From positions 1-49,089 of the forward strand of contig JALJEE010003080.1 in NCBI GenBank assembly GCA_023231475.1: a DNA stretch of 49,089 bases, in the 5' to 3' direction. Positions 1 to 12,902 of the stretch are shown here, in pieces. A program made the translations under genes and the position numbers. Numbering within the stretch: the stretch's first letter is position 1; every line of letters begins with the position of its first letter. The notes under the pieces were generated by a model that saw only the letters and a program-made list of their open reading frames with translations, had not been told where the DNA came from and ran no database searches. The DNA is from Seison nebaliae. Its lineage: Eukaryota.

Positions 1-1591
1 CATGGGTCGATACTCGTAAATCAATACTCGATTCGTTTAATCTTTAACTGAATCAATAGTATCCCTTCTTAATAGGTCTTCGTTAAAATCGTCATCAACT
101 AGTCAATTGTCATTTTAGATTTTCATGTTATGACGTTTTAGTTTTCTGCTCACCGTTTTGAATGTTTTCTCTTGTGTAACTTTATTTATCAAGTTAAGCA
201 AAGTAATTTTAGCCAACCTTTTACGATAAAAATTTGGGCAAGGAAAATTGAAGGAAATTTAAAGATTTAAATGATTTAAAGAAAAATGTCTAAAAAGTTC
301 CCAGCTTTAACATAATAAAATTGGCAGTTCCCAAATTTGAGTTACATTTTATTGTTCAATTTCGTTGATATTGAACTAATGTAAAGTTTTCATTTTTTTT
401 CTCTTCAATTCGTTAATTTTGTTGAATCACGAACATTGTAATTGTTCAAAGTTGCTGATTTTCAAAAGTCGATAATTCCGATTGTCACCCTTCATTAAAT
501 ATTTTGATCTTTTGTTTGATTGACTTCAGTTTTGAAGTTGTTTGATCTCGAAAGTTGAACCGTTGAACGATTATTCCGTACTGTTCTTCATTCATCACGC
601 ATACTCTATTTCTATCAAAGTTCATTCCGATCTTGCATCAAATCGTCACCATATACACCAATTATGATTCATAAAATACTATTGCTATTGTTGGGCAAAA
701 ATGCCCATTACAATTTCATCCACAAAATCATCCAAAACTTTTTGATTTTTTGAATATAGATTAACAATTAATAAAGTAGTCTTCAACAATCTGTGCTTTT
801 AACTGAACGAATTACTTCAGTATCTGCAAAAGCCATGAAAATTTATACATTTAGGTTGTCAAAGAAACTACGATTCAAAATAATTTACGGTTGATCTGGA
901 AATACAAAACTAAAAATTTTAAAAAATGTTCAATAATTATGTTATTTTTTAATTCATTTTTGTAATGTTTTATTTTTCTAATGTAATTGAACATGCTCTA
1001 CATTGTTGTAGAGTCCACATTGTAGACTATAGGGTTACCATTATGATAGGCACCCTTATAAAAAAACACCTAATGAGACAGAAATTATGATCCGTTTTAT
1101 AAAACCCGATTAAATGTCCGATTACTTTAAGTTTTTACTATATAACAAATCATAAGACTCATAAATCATTCTCAAAGTTCTTATTTTGAAACTGATTTGT
1201 GTACTATTATTATGGCATTTCATCAGGATCTATATCATCAATTATTATTCATGTTGTCTTCGCAAGAGAATATAGATCAGAAGAATCGCAGGTCATTTTT
1301 TTTCTTCATTTGAAAAATAAAGAAATTAACTAAAATTTAAAAGTTATGTTATCTGTTCACTGTGAGTTGTTGTTTGTTTAATGGAAATGTTATACAACTT
1401 ATATAAACACAACAATTATTTTCATGCACGTTAGTATGTTGTTGGATCGATACTTGATAGGTGATTATGTAAACTGTGAGTGGGCAGATTGTGCATAAAC
1501 TGTGTGTGGAAATGGGAAGAGTATTATAAATAAAAAGAAGAAAATACAATGGAAAATGCAATTCATATGATATGGAGAGGTGAATGATGGT

Positions 1592-4500
1592 TTATGCTTC
1601 CCGCGATTTCGTCATTGTACAATCGAGTTTCAATTCGATGTCATGTTCATTTCGATTTTCCTTAAAACAATTCGCCACCGAAATACATTTGTGACCGAGT
1701 CCGATCTTCTTCTTATTGGCAGTGATGTGAATGATGGTGAAAATGATGAGTGTTGGATTGTAAATTGAGTCAAATTGTAATAAATCGTTGAAGACGGGAC
1801 AGGTGGATGATCGAACGTTTTTCGTGCATTGAGTTCGTGTCGCACTATTTGATTGCACTACATCCACTTTCACATAAGCATTTATCTGTTCTTTGTTTTG
1901 TTTTGGTGGGACGAGATTCGAAGCAGAAATAATAAGAATTGAAAGAAATTCATTTTCATAACGAATATTCACTCGAATTTTCCCATCATTTCTTTTCTCA
2001 TTCAGACGATATGGCACCGAATGATTTGCAGTTAATGAATCAGTAACTGAATTAAAATAATATTTTAAATTTTCTTAATATGAAAATCTAACTAGGAACA
2101 TGATCAGTCGTTCTTGCTCGAACAAATTTCCAAAGAATATCACTCTAAATTAGATGAAAATGGAAAGAAATAAAGAAAATATTATTATTAATTATTAAAA
2201 AAAATTAAAATTATTAACTTTGAAAATTGGAGGATATTTCTCTTTCAGTTTCATTAGATCTTTCACAAACTCTTCAACATTACTCTCATTATCTATCTCA
2301 TCTTCATGAACTACCACAATGATATTTCGTTCGACACTAAAGAGAAAATTTGAATGAATGACAAAAAAACCATAAAATGAACATCGTTTCCGTCAACTTC
2401 TTGAGGACGTTTGCACATTCCTTGAATTTCTTTGTTAAAGCTTCTCTCAAATGAATCATATCATCGAATGATCGACGAATAACATATTGCATTTTATCTT
2501 CCAAATCAATTTGGAGAGAATAAGCCTAACGGAAATTGAAATAATTTGATGGAAATTGAAATAATTTGAAACTTTTCTATTTTTAATGAATTGAATGAAC
2601 ATAATCGAATCAAGAATATTCTTATTCTCATCAAAATGATCATCTTCTTTCTCTTTCGATGCAGATACATTAACGGGTAAGGGAAGTGGTGGAGTAACGG
2701 ATTGACCAGATTTCGACCGTTCCTCATTTGGTTGATTTAGTCCGTGAATCATAAAATTCCATAAAACGAACTTATTATTGAGACTCTCTTCGATCTTTTG
2801 TTGGAAATTCACATAAATTTTCTGTTCACTCTCCCCCAACATGAGTCGTTCGCGTAAAAATTGTTGCGCTGATCGACCACCACATTTAGCGATTCCCGAA
2901 TTCTGCAAACAAAATGCACACTTTTTACCATATTAACAAAATCCAACTTTTAAAAGTTGAAGCATCAATGAAAGAAATTCGTTGTTTCTACGAATCACAT
3001 TAATCGCTCGACAACAGATGTCGACGAAAATCGCGTAATTCTCGTCATTTGCATCACCGTTTGTGATGACATATCTCATATCAGGTGTAAATGTAAAATT
3101 CACCCGATCTCGATTAATTCCCATAAATTTTTCTTTTTCACCTAAAAAAAATTGAAATTCTATTAAACTTGGAATAATTTAAAATAACCGAAATACTTTC
3201 CGAAATCGATATGGAACATGTGACCGGTTTTTCGCACCATAATATTATCGTTGTGACGATCACCAACACCTAAAATATAAGTAGCGACACAATAGGCAGC
3301 ACAACTCAACATAAAATTATGAATTATCCGTTGAGTATTTTTCGGTTTGATTCCTTTCAACAACCATTGATGGATGGCATTTTTCTGGAAATATTTTGTT
3401 GGCATTCCAGACAATCGTTGTTGGATAGAACGTAAAGTTTCTGCGTCGTCAACAACTTGAACGAAACCGCGATTAGATCCCGTTTGTAAACAACGATAAG
3501 TAAGAACTCGAAGATTTAATCGATTTCTCATCCAAATCACATTCATCAAATCGATAAGTTGAATCGCTAACATATCTTGACGGAGATCATCGCCAATTTT
3601 GTAGATGAGAGAAATGTCGATAAGGGCGGCAGTGTTGCGGAATGTCAATTGTATTGGATTAGTTTTGGAGGGAATTCGTTTACAATTCGATTTGATAATG
3701 GAATTTATTTGCCATCCAACATCGACGGGAAGAACGATTGGTTTGAAATTGATCAAATCGTGATCGTTAGAAATGATTCTCTCTTGACATTTCATACTTC
3801 CAATTTCACGTTGAAGAATATCAATCAAATTAATTTGACATGTCTGTCGATTGAAATCGATAGCGGCTGTTGCACATCGATTGATATGTTGACAAAATTT
3901 TTCACTTTCTCTCAATTCTAACAAAGTGTTATCGCTAAGAATGGCGAGGAGCATATCAAAAAAACGGTAATATCGATGAATGGATAATTGATAGTAAGTG
4001 GAACGATGAGGAATATCCAATTCTCGATCACTCATCATTTCAACTTTGACATTCCAATAAAGTGTGACGGCAAATCGTCGATTTGTGATTGCGAATAACA
4101 AGAGACAATCCGTCAATGCTGATGGAAAGAAAGGATCATAACGAATTAATTGAACTAATTGTGGAACGATTTCCATCAATTCATCAATACGACTATTTCT
4201 CTCTGGTGATTGAATGAGTAAAAAATGATGGAATAAAATTTTCACTCCCAACGCTCTAATACCATCATCAATGAAAATGGGAAGGAGAAGTTTTAGTGAA
4301 ATTTTCAAAGGATTTTCAATTTGATCGATGTTAATGGAATTCAATTCAGAATAAAGATGTCGGAGATGTTTAGGAGTATAAGGAAAGATTCGATGATAAA
4401 CGTAACAGATTTCAACGATATTTTCCACATTCAAATCGAGAAGATAATGTCGTTTCTTCCATAATTCATCGAGACGGACGACAGAGAGAATATCGGAATT

Positions 4501-6756
4501 AACTTCCTCATTCTCCAATTCGATTTGAACATGTTTCAACGAATTCGATAGAGCTGTTTGTTCTCCATTAGATAATTGAGACCATTTTTTATCATAATCC
4601 ATTTGTCTCAATTGAAGTGATGGATAATAAATTGGAGTATTTACTCGATTATCGACTAATGACACTTTCAATTGAATTATTGGAACGACATTCACATCAT
4701 ATAAATTATTCTGACTAGTTAGACATGGAGGATTGAATAAATCATCTTCCAATTGACGATACATTGAAATGAGTTGTTCCTCCAAAATCAATTTGAGTCG
4801 ATATTCTTCCCAAACATATAAATTGAATGTACACCAACAAATAACGTCATTAGTCGATGAATTCTTAATAAGTTGAACAAGAATTACCGTTTCTTTCGGC
4901 AGATGACCAGAACCATCTAATTTGAATTGTTCATCTAACATCAGACGATCAGATTCCTGATTATGAGCGTCATAAGAGAGAGGAGATGATTGTCGTTCAA
5001 AAAGACATGTGTTGCCATGCCAACAAGAGCAGCGAATATAAAATGAAGAAATCATTTTCATTTCATCCATCACATCCAATTGTGAGATGGATTTGAGATG
5101 AATCACTAAATTCTCATTCTCATATCGATTCTCTTTCTTCAAATTTCCATTCGTCTCATTCAAATATTTATTATTTAATCTAATCGAGTAATTGTAATTG
5201 AAAGAACGGAAATAAGTTTTGATGAGAATTGACAAACTCTCAATTAATCGATTCAATTCACTCTTCAATTTGAGAATGAATCCTTTGTCGATCGATTGTA
5301 CACTCTTCTCCACATAACACATCAACACTCGTAATTGTCTCACACAATCTTCATGTGATGACAAATGAACATTATTCAAAAGTGAAATAAAATAATAAGA
5401 TTGATGAATAAATTTGTTGAAAAGTTTGAAAACTTCTTTCGATTTCGTGTTACTCATTTCAAACGTTTGAGACAATTCCAAATAAAGTGATTGATAATCA
5501 TTACAAATTAATGTCCATTGTCTCCTCACTTCACCAATATCGATACGATGGATTTGTTTCAAGTGGAGAAGTTGATGCATTTCTCCAATTTTTTCCATTC
5601 TTTTCCTATCTAATTTCAAGATTAATTCTCTTCTCATTTTCTCCATCGATGGTTGATATGTCAAATTGAGTTCGAACGAGTCGCCTTTCACCAGACATTT
5701 CTGCACACAAATCAAATCGCCAATACGTGTCGATTCTGGTAAAAATTCGAAAGAGAATTTTGTTTTCAATAAAAAATCTTTCATTTCTAATTTTTGTTCT
5801 AATAAACGTTTCTCAATCATTTTCGATGAATAGGCAATCAAATTCAATTTGAATTGATCAAACACTTCTCTCAACAGATTCTCCACCACCGTCTGTAATG
5901 GAACTCTTGGTAATTGAAGATGGAATAATCGTCTCGTTACAATGATTCCCAAACGACGTTCAATTTCTTCGTAGAGGAAACTATTCGTTCGAATTTCGAT
6001 CGCGATCGATTCGTCGAACATTTCATCCAAGAATTTCGTCGTCGTATTCGACGAAATTGGATTTGATGATGCTCGAATTCTCGTCGAATTATTATTATTA
6101 TTAATTTTATTTCCAATCAAAATCTCATTCTCCTCATCGGAATCGAATGATTTCAATGGTGATTTCTCTTTCAAATTCTCCATTTTTCCAATGTCCAATA
6201 ATGGTCGTATTTGGGCCCAAACCAAATCCGATGTCTCCCAAACATAAAAACCATCAACGGATTTCACCTTGAAATTAGTCATATTAATTTCTTTCAAATA
6301 ATTTCCATAATATTCAAGTCTTTCCATCAGACAAATAATATTGGCTTCACTCACCGATACGTCCAATTTTCGAATGAGATAAAGATCGTTCGATTCGGTT
6401 TTCGTTTCGGAAAATAATTCGATGAAATCTTCCGATTTCTTTTTCAAACAATTATCGGTTGTTAAAAATTCCAAATATTTTTTCCTTTTCGATAATTTTG
6501 TAATGGATTCAGTTGAATGTGTTGAATGACGTTCAATTTTCTTATTATCATTTTTTCCTATTTCCTCCAATACCATAAATAAATCATCAACCACATTCTT
6601 CTCTCGCAATTCATTTGTCGTCACTTTATTCACTTCTTTCTTCCTTTTATCATCTTTCTCATAAAGATAGAAATTGTGATAATATTCTACCGTATGAATC
6701 AGTTCATTATCTGACGAGAAATCGATGAGATCTTCCGATTCTTTTCGTTCGCTCAT
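1592..6756 (-). CDS. PIK3C2: Class II phosphoinositide 3-kinase (PI3K-C2; helical + kinase + PX + C-terminal C2), 7 exons
   Basis: Kinase motifs KIGDDLRQD, GVGDRHNDNIM, HIDFG; PX-like VIRRSFDDMIHLREAL and terminal C2 (NAYVKV..PVFND) typical of class II. Frame-restoring introns 3142-3188, 2903-2947, 2526-2572, 2337-2382, 2145-2218, 2047-2092. First ATG at 6756 (ORF track starts at a TTG). Confidence 0.93.
2531..2569. repeat. 20-bp-period tandem duplication (GGAAATTGAAATAATTTGA x2) making up most of a 47-nt intron
   Basis: Identical 19-mers at 2531-2549 and 2551-2569. Confidence 0.9.
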
Positions 6757-7149
6757 CGTCAAGAGACATGAGAAATACCGTCTCTTTTATTATAATGAAT
6801 TCAATCCTAAAACTGGACTATTTTGGTCGTTGAAAATTGGCAATTATTTCATTCACCTCAAATTATCTCAAACAAGACGAGATTTTTTTTATTTACTTTT
6901 CTCTCTTTTTTTTCTCATCAATTAATTTATTCAATTTTCATTTATCGAAAGCTTTCCATTCAAAATCATTTCTCTCTGATTCATTCAACTCAATTGAAAA
7001 ATAAATATAAATTTCACTTTTCTACTTAACCAGTCGTCTACACTCCAACTTTCTTCCAATTTAAAAGTTTTAAAGTTGAATTAAAATTAAATTTATCAGA
7101 AATTGAAAAAATAGAAAATCTGTGAAGAAAATTTAAAAAAAAAATTTAA

Positions 7150-10071
7150 TCAATTTTCACTTTGACATTTCGCGTTCAGTACGAGAAGGAGGAGACCTTT
7201 CCGTCCGTAAGTGATTCGTAACACATGATTGATACATTCGACTTTGTTGGATGAGAAAGTGATTTCAATAACTTTCTGTTTCTTCGCTGGTATTCGAAAT
7301 CGATCTCTTGAAATCGTGAATTGTTTTGGGAGATCTTCGACGACAAACGTCTCTTTCATCATCGACGAATTGACGACGATAAATGTTCTGGTAATACTCC
7401 GATTGATGGTGGAGAATAATTCGAGATATTTACAAGACAATCGAATATCTTTCGGCAATTTCTGAGAATTAATCGAAGTAGTTGTAGTGACATTAGTGAG
7501 TGTAGAATTGAGAGATTGATAACTGAGTGTCGATTCATCCATTTGAGAAGGTGAATTTGTCACAGATAATTTTGGATTAGGACAATTTTCGTTGAATTGA
7601 ATTGGAGGTAAATCGGTTATAAATAATTTTCTAGAGAATCTTTTCGATTTAATCGCTACTTTATGAATAAGTTCCTCGTCGGGAACGTCTTCGTCTGAAT
7701 TCGATTTCTCTTCAAATTTCGTCGATTTATTTGAAATTATTTTTTGAATTTTTTTCTCCAATTCACACCATAATTCTTCCTCGTATTTTTTCAAATATTT
7801 CCACATTAAAACGTCGATATAAACGAGACGACAAGAACATTTTTTCAATTCATTCAACAACTCTTTCTGATTTCCTTTCTCACAAGGTATCGATATGGAA
7901 ATCGGTTTAACTTTTCCTGATCGAATAAGATAAATCGTATTTTCGATAACGTTCAAAATCGACCACAATTTGGTCGTTTCGTCTACATTATCAAATAATA
8001 GGAAAAGATAACAATCATAATCACTGGAATTTTTTAGGGTGAATGTTGCGGTCAATTCGGTGGAAGTGACGAGAAGAGGAATCGATTGATTTGGAGATCG
8101 AAGATCATCGTTCATTAAACTTAACGATCTTTCACCACCCATACCGATTAACGGATAAGTGGCAGTTGAACGATTATTATTTTCATTACGAGAAATGATA
8201 ATTAAAGACATTTCAGTTATTCCTTTCGATTTGGGAGTGAAAATTAATGAAATCGATTTCCGTTCTTGTGGTTTTAATGAGAATTTCGTATTGGTCGATG
8301 CATTTTCTCCAACCACACAAATTTCAAATTTTCCTTTATCCGATGACGAATGACGTGGATGGATTGATATGTAAATGTTCTGTGAATCGGTTTGATGAGT
8401 GTTCATAAAACGCACGTCACAACATCGATTATCGGCCAAAGAGACGAAAAGAAAATCATCAACAAACGATTGTGTCAATGATAAATATTCGATAGATCGA
8501 CGAATATTATTGACTGAACTGACACTACGAACGATTTCGGGTTGAAATGATGAATGAGATTCGATGCGAATTCGAACCTTCTCCAATAACCGTACTGATG
8601 GTATATCCAATTGATTTTTTGTCATTATCAAAATTTCATGATCAATCGAATTAAATCGAGTTAATTTTGATGAGAAATTTATCATCAATTTTTTTATTCG
8701 ACCACGTTCTTGTGTCTCATCTTCCACATCCATCAATTCCACTTCGATATGGTAATGACTATCTTTCTCAATGGGTTTCTGTAACATGAGGAACAATTCG
8801 ATATTTTTATTCACTCCCACTAATTGCAGTTCTACACACTTCTTCTCTTGGAGTAGACCCATCGAATTATTCGTTGTTGGTCGAATAAAAACATGAGATG
8901 ATGATAACATAATAAACGGTAATGGTACCACATATGACAAAATGAATGTTGATGCGGTAAAATCATTATTATCATAATCCTCCAACAAATATGTGAGTGA
9001 TCGGAGAAATAATCCGAAATCGATTGGACGATAAATAATATGAATTTGAATTTGGGAATTTGAAGGAATTAAAATGGACGAATATTTTTTGTATCGTCTC
9101 CCGTTGAATTCGATATAAATGCCAAAATTCTTATCGTGAATTTCACTCAATTTCGTCTCGTTCGATACATCAGATCCCACCGTCGATGCTGATGAAGTAA
9201 CGGATAAATGGTCATCGTGATTTCGATCCATATTTTTGTTCACTCGACTACGGACGATATTTACAGTTTGTTGTAATGTGAATAAGAGATTTTTACCAGA
9301 GACATTTTCTAATCGAATGACATGTTTCGTCGGTTGGTTAATTTGAAGATCTTTCAAATTGATGGTAGGACATCGATTATCGAAGGAGATTTTCTCGATA
9401 TGAATCGATTCTTTCTTCAATTCTCGTCCCAAATAAGTGAGTCGATTTGAATGTTCATTATTGAAAATTTTCTCATCGATCAATGTTGAAATGTCATCGC
9501 TCAATGTATCGTTATTAGTGTCGTCGTTACGGAAAGTGTCGGAAGAAAGACTTTTCAATTCATCCACTTCACAAGGAACATATGTCTCATTGAACATCGT
9601 TATATTTTTCGTATCATTCCACCATCGTCTTTCATTCTCTTTCTTATTAATTGGTGTCGTTTCATTATCAATATCATCGATATCATCATCAATTAATTCA
9701 TCTTCTTCATTTTTCTTCTTTTTTGGTGTGGTCAATGGTCGGAAATATTTCATTAACGACTCCTCCGATATACTATCACTAGCTGGTACGTCTTGTATCG
9801 AACCGATTTCAGATACGTCGAATATTTCATCTTGATGATTTTCAATGTTGTTGTTGTTGTTGGTTGTGGTGGTTGTGAAGGAATTGATGAAATTGTCATC
9901 GAATTTCATCGGAATAACATTCTCTTTCTCTATCAAATTCTTCTCATTCTGCGAGAATTCGATACATGTATTCCTTCTCATGACAATAGGAGAAATTAAT
10001 GTCAAATCTGACGCATTCATCGAGTCATATGTATCGATCGAATAATTGCGACTATGATCATGTTGATCCAT
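7150..10071 (-). CDS. CEP192: Cep192/SPD-2-like centrosomal protein with ASH (PapD-like) domains, apparently single exon, 973 aa
   Basis: Acidic low-complexity N-terminus followed by repeated ASH-like beta domains; FSLKPQERKSISLIFTP...YPLIGMGG resembles the SPD-2 domain signature (F.L.P....I.V.F.P...IPL.GYGG). Confidence 0.7.
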   Translation of the reverse strand: MDQHDHSRNYSIDTYDSMNASDLTLISPIVMRRNTCIEFSQNEKNLIEKENVIPMKFDDNFINSFTTTTTNNNNNIENHQDEIFDVSEIGSIQDVPASDSISEESLMKYFRPLTTPKKKKNEEDELIDDDIDDIDNETTPINKKENERRWWNDTKNITMFNETYVPCEVDELKSLSSDTFRNDDTNNDTLSDDISTLIDEKIFNNEHSNRLTYLGRELKKESIHIEKISFDNRCPTINLKDLQINQPTKHVIRLENVSGKNLLFTLQQTVNIVRSRVNKNMDRNHDDHLSVTSSASTVGSDVSNETKLSEIHDKNFGIYIEFNGRRYKKYSSILIPSNSQIQIHIIYRPIDFGLFLRSLTYLLEDYDNNDFTASTFILSYVVPLPFIMLSSSHVFIRPTTNNSMGLLQEKKCVELQLVGVNKNIELFLMLQKPIEKDSHYHIEVELMDVEDETQERGRIKKLMINFSSKLTRFNSIDHEILIMTKNQLDIPSVRLLEKVRIRIESHSSFQPEIVRSVSSVNNIRRSIEYLSLTQSFVDDFLFVSLADNRCCDVRFMNTHQTDSQNIYISIHPRHSSSDKGKFEICVVGENASTNTKFSLKPQERKSISLIFTPKSKGITEMSLIIISRNENNNRSTATYPLIGMGGERSLSLMNDDLRSPNQSIPLLVTSTELTATFTLKNSSDYDCYLFLLFDNVDETTKLWSILNVIENTIYLIRSGKVKPISISIPCEKGNQKELLNELKKCSCRLVYIDVLMWKYLKKYEEELWCELEKKIQKIISNKSTKFEEKSNSDEDVPDEELIHKVAIKSKRFSRKLFITDLPPIQFNENCPNPKLSVTNSPSQMDESTLSYQSLNSTLTNVTTTTSINSQKLPKDIRLSCKYLELFSTINRSITRTFIVVNSSMMKETFVVEDLPKQFTISRDRFRIPAKKQKVIEITFSSNKVECINHVLRITYGRKGLLLLVLNAKCQSEN

Positions 10072-10784
10072 CCAGAAATTTATCTGAAGAAATTAACAAT
10101 TTCGAATATTAATTAAATAAACAGAAATTCGAATGATTTTTTAATTATATATAAATTGATTATAAAATTTATTGAAAAATATTTGAAAAATAAACAAAAT
10201 TTGTGGAAATATTTTTAAAGTAAAAAAATTATATTCAGCAGATATAAAAGAATGAGAGAAAACAAAAATTTATTGATAATTTTATTAGATAGTATAACTA
10301 ACGAATTAGTTCTTCTCTGTGAAATGTGAATAAATTATTTGAAAGTGCGAAAATAAAAATGGATCAATTAAATTTCTATTCTTTCAATTAGTGAAAGATT
10401 TCAAATATTTTTTCGTTTAATTCGATAGCTCCAACTAACTTTCTGAACTTTATATCCTTTAACATCCTTTAATAAATATTATTGTTAATTTAACTAATGT
10501 ATTCATTAATGGCGATAGGAAAGTTAGAATTTTTGAAGATTCACTTAAATTTAAAATCATCGGTAAAAGTCTGTTTGGTGTGTAAAAATGAAATTTTTTT
10601 TTTCTTCTAAAAAATAACATACTTTTACCTAACCATCAATTGAAAATTTCTAAAAGGAAAAATAAATGATATTGTTGTTGTTTTATTGGAATATTGTTGA
10701 AGTTTATTTTATTTTTTCTTTTAAATGAATGGAATAATTTAAGAAATGGATTAATTTGAAAAAAAATGAAGACTTAAATAAAAA

Positions 10785-12902
10785 TTAAAGTTCCGACCGT
10801 TTCTTATGATGGGCGTGTTTCTTTCTTTTGTGTCGTTTTCGTTCATGTATACTCTCATTAGTGCTGATATCATCCATGTCTTTCTGTTGTTGAATTCCGT
10901 CAAGGATCTGTTGATTGACATCTCGAATGACAGCGAGAGCAGATTCTTCTTGAACATCATTGTCCAAATTTAATGCTTCGTTCGTGTACGATCTCACGTT
11001 ATTTAATTCGATACTTTTATTGTCGCTTTTCAAACTGGGTTTCTGTGAGAGATGGAAATGAAAAAGTAATTGAAATGAAAGAATAATAACTATAGATATT
11101 TCTTCTTCCGTTTTTCTGCATGGTCGACAAAGGAAATCGTTGATTATTAATGGAAGAATTAACAAATCTTCTGACGCTTTTTTCACTGAACTTCGAATTA
11201 GATATTGTTCGATTAATGACACCGTAGTTCCCACAATGAACATGACCAAAACCGCTATGGTACCATAATGGAGGTAACTGACACCATAAAGTCGATCTAT
11301 TGCTGGACGGTTGTCGTAGGAAAAATTGAAGCGATGGTCATGATAATCGTAATTAGAAAAGTTGAATCGTTCCATTGTTGAATTACATTGTTTAATGCCT
11401 GTGTTGGCAAAAGGTGGATGGAAAACTTCCGGCTTATTAATTTGAGCCCCAATAAATACCCAAAATGTGAAAAGAATTGATGTTAGACCACCAATGAACA
11501 CTCCCCAAGTCGTGCCCAATGGGAAGAGCATTCCGAATAAAAATAGAGACAATAACGGGCCGCCAATTACCCCAAAAATAGCCAAGGCGGCTTGTAAGAC
11601 CGATCCTAATTGACTTGCGATAGCGGCCAATGCGATACACAACGCTCCGAAGAAAACGGCTAAACTTTTCGAAATTATGGTTTGGGTTCGTTCGTTGAAT
11701 TGTTTATTTTTGCAACAAAACGGTTTTATTATGTCTTCTAAAACAACTGCTGCCAAACTATTAATTCCAGACGATAAAGTACTGATAATGACGAATTAAT
11801 TATTTAAATATATTGAGAGAAATTTTCAAAATTTTACTGACCTTAAAGCGGCACTGAAAATACAGCCGAGAAAGAGACCGGGTAATCCCTTCACTTTGAT
11901 CATGACTAGCATGACGAAATATGGATAAATTTGGTCGTATTTTTTTATTTTTCCATCTAATAATGGATCACAATAACGGAAGTAAGCGAATAACATCATT
12001 CCGATGAAGAAGGTCAATATGAGAATCATCATCAATCCCAAGAGATTGATGAGAACTGCAAGTTGTGCTACTTTCACTGTCCGTGAACAGAGATATCGTT
12101 GAATTTGTGCCTGATTCACCGTATAGACACTGACCCAAGTAAAGAATCCACCAATAGTTAAAGACCAGAATGAATGTCGTATTTTGGGATCTAATTGAAA
12201 ATTATCGAATTCCCATCGACCTCCTTCCTTCACATATTTCACCATTTCATTAATACCACCAACTTCGTTCACACCGATAATGACACTGGCTAACATTCCC
12301 ACCAACATCATAATCAATTGAAATACATCCGTCCATAATACCGCTTTCAAACCACCAATCGTTGTATACAAAGTACATACACAGCCAATGGTGGTAACGG
12401 ACACCCAAACATTCAAATTTGACACTTGACTGAGAGCGAGTGCTGGGGCGTATAAAACTACTCCCATATAAAGACTCATTTGAGTGATGAAGAGGAGACT
12501 TCCCATCAAACTAATATATTTATTGAATCTCCTCTCCAGATACTCATAGACACTGGTGATGTTCATATGATAGTAGAAGGGAATGAAGTATCTGGCAGTC
12601 AAAGCCATAATGACGAAATAACAGAGGAAAATATAAAAATAACCCATTCCATCTACATACACCTCCTTCGGAGTTCCCAACACAGTAATGGCAGACATGA
12701 ATGATGCAACTAGACTGAGAGAGACAGGAATTGGACCCATTTCACGACCAGCCATCAAAAAATTGTCAACCGTCGCTTTCTCTCGTCGAGCTTTGATGGC
12801 GTAGAAAACGCCAATTCCCGATGATACCAACAATATACCAGCGAATATGACATAGTCGACGGGATGAAATGATCCCGTCTTTTCCGGTAACGTATAAATC
12901 AT
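10785..12902 (-). CDS. SLC5 sodium:solute symporter (SMCT/SMVT-like)
   Basis: DYVIF, FLMAGREMGPIPVSLSLVASFMSAITVLGTP, GGLKAVLWTDVFQ, NQAQIQRYL; intron 11782-11841 restores SAALSTLSSGINSLAAV; probable in-frame intron 11043-11090. Confidence 0.95.

Noticed and set aside
1..1300. Stop-riddled coding-like sequence on the minus strand (possible decayed TE) and small hairpins at 996-1027
   Set aside because: No recognisable domain, TIR or TSD; needs tBLASTx against repeat libraries.
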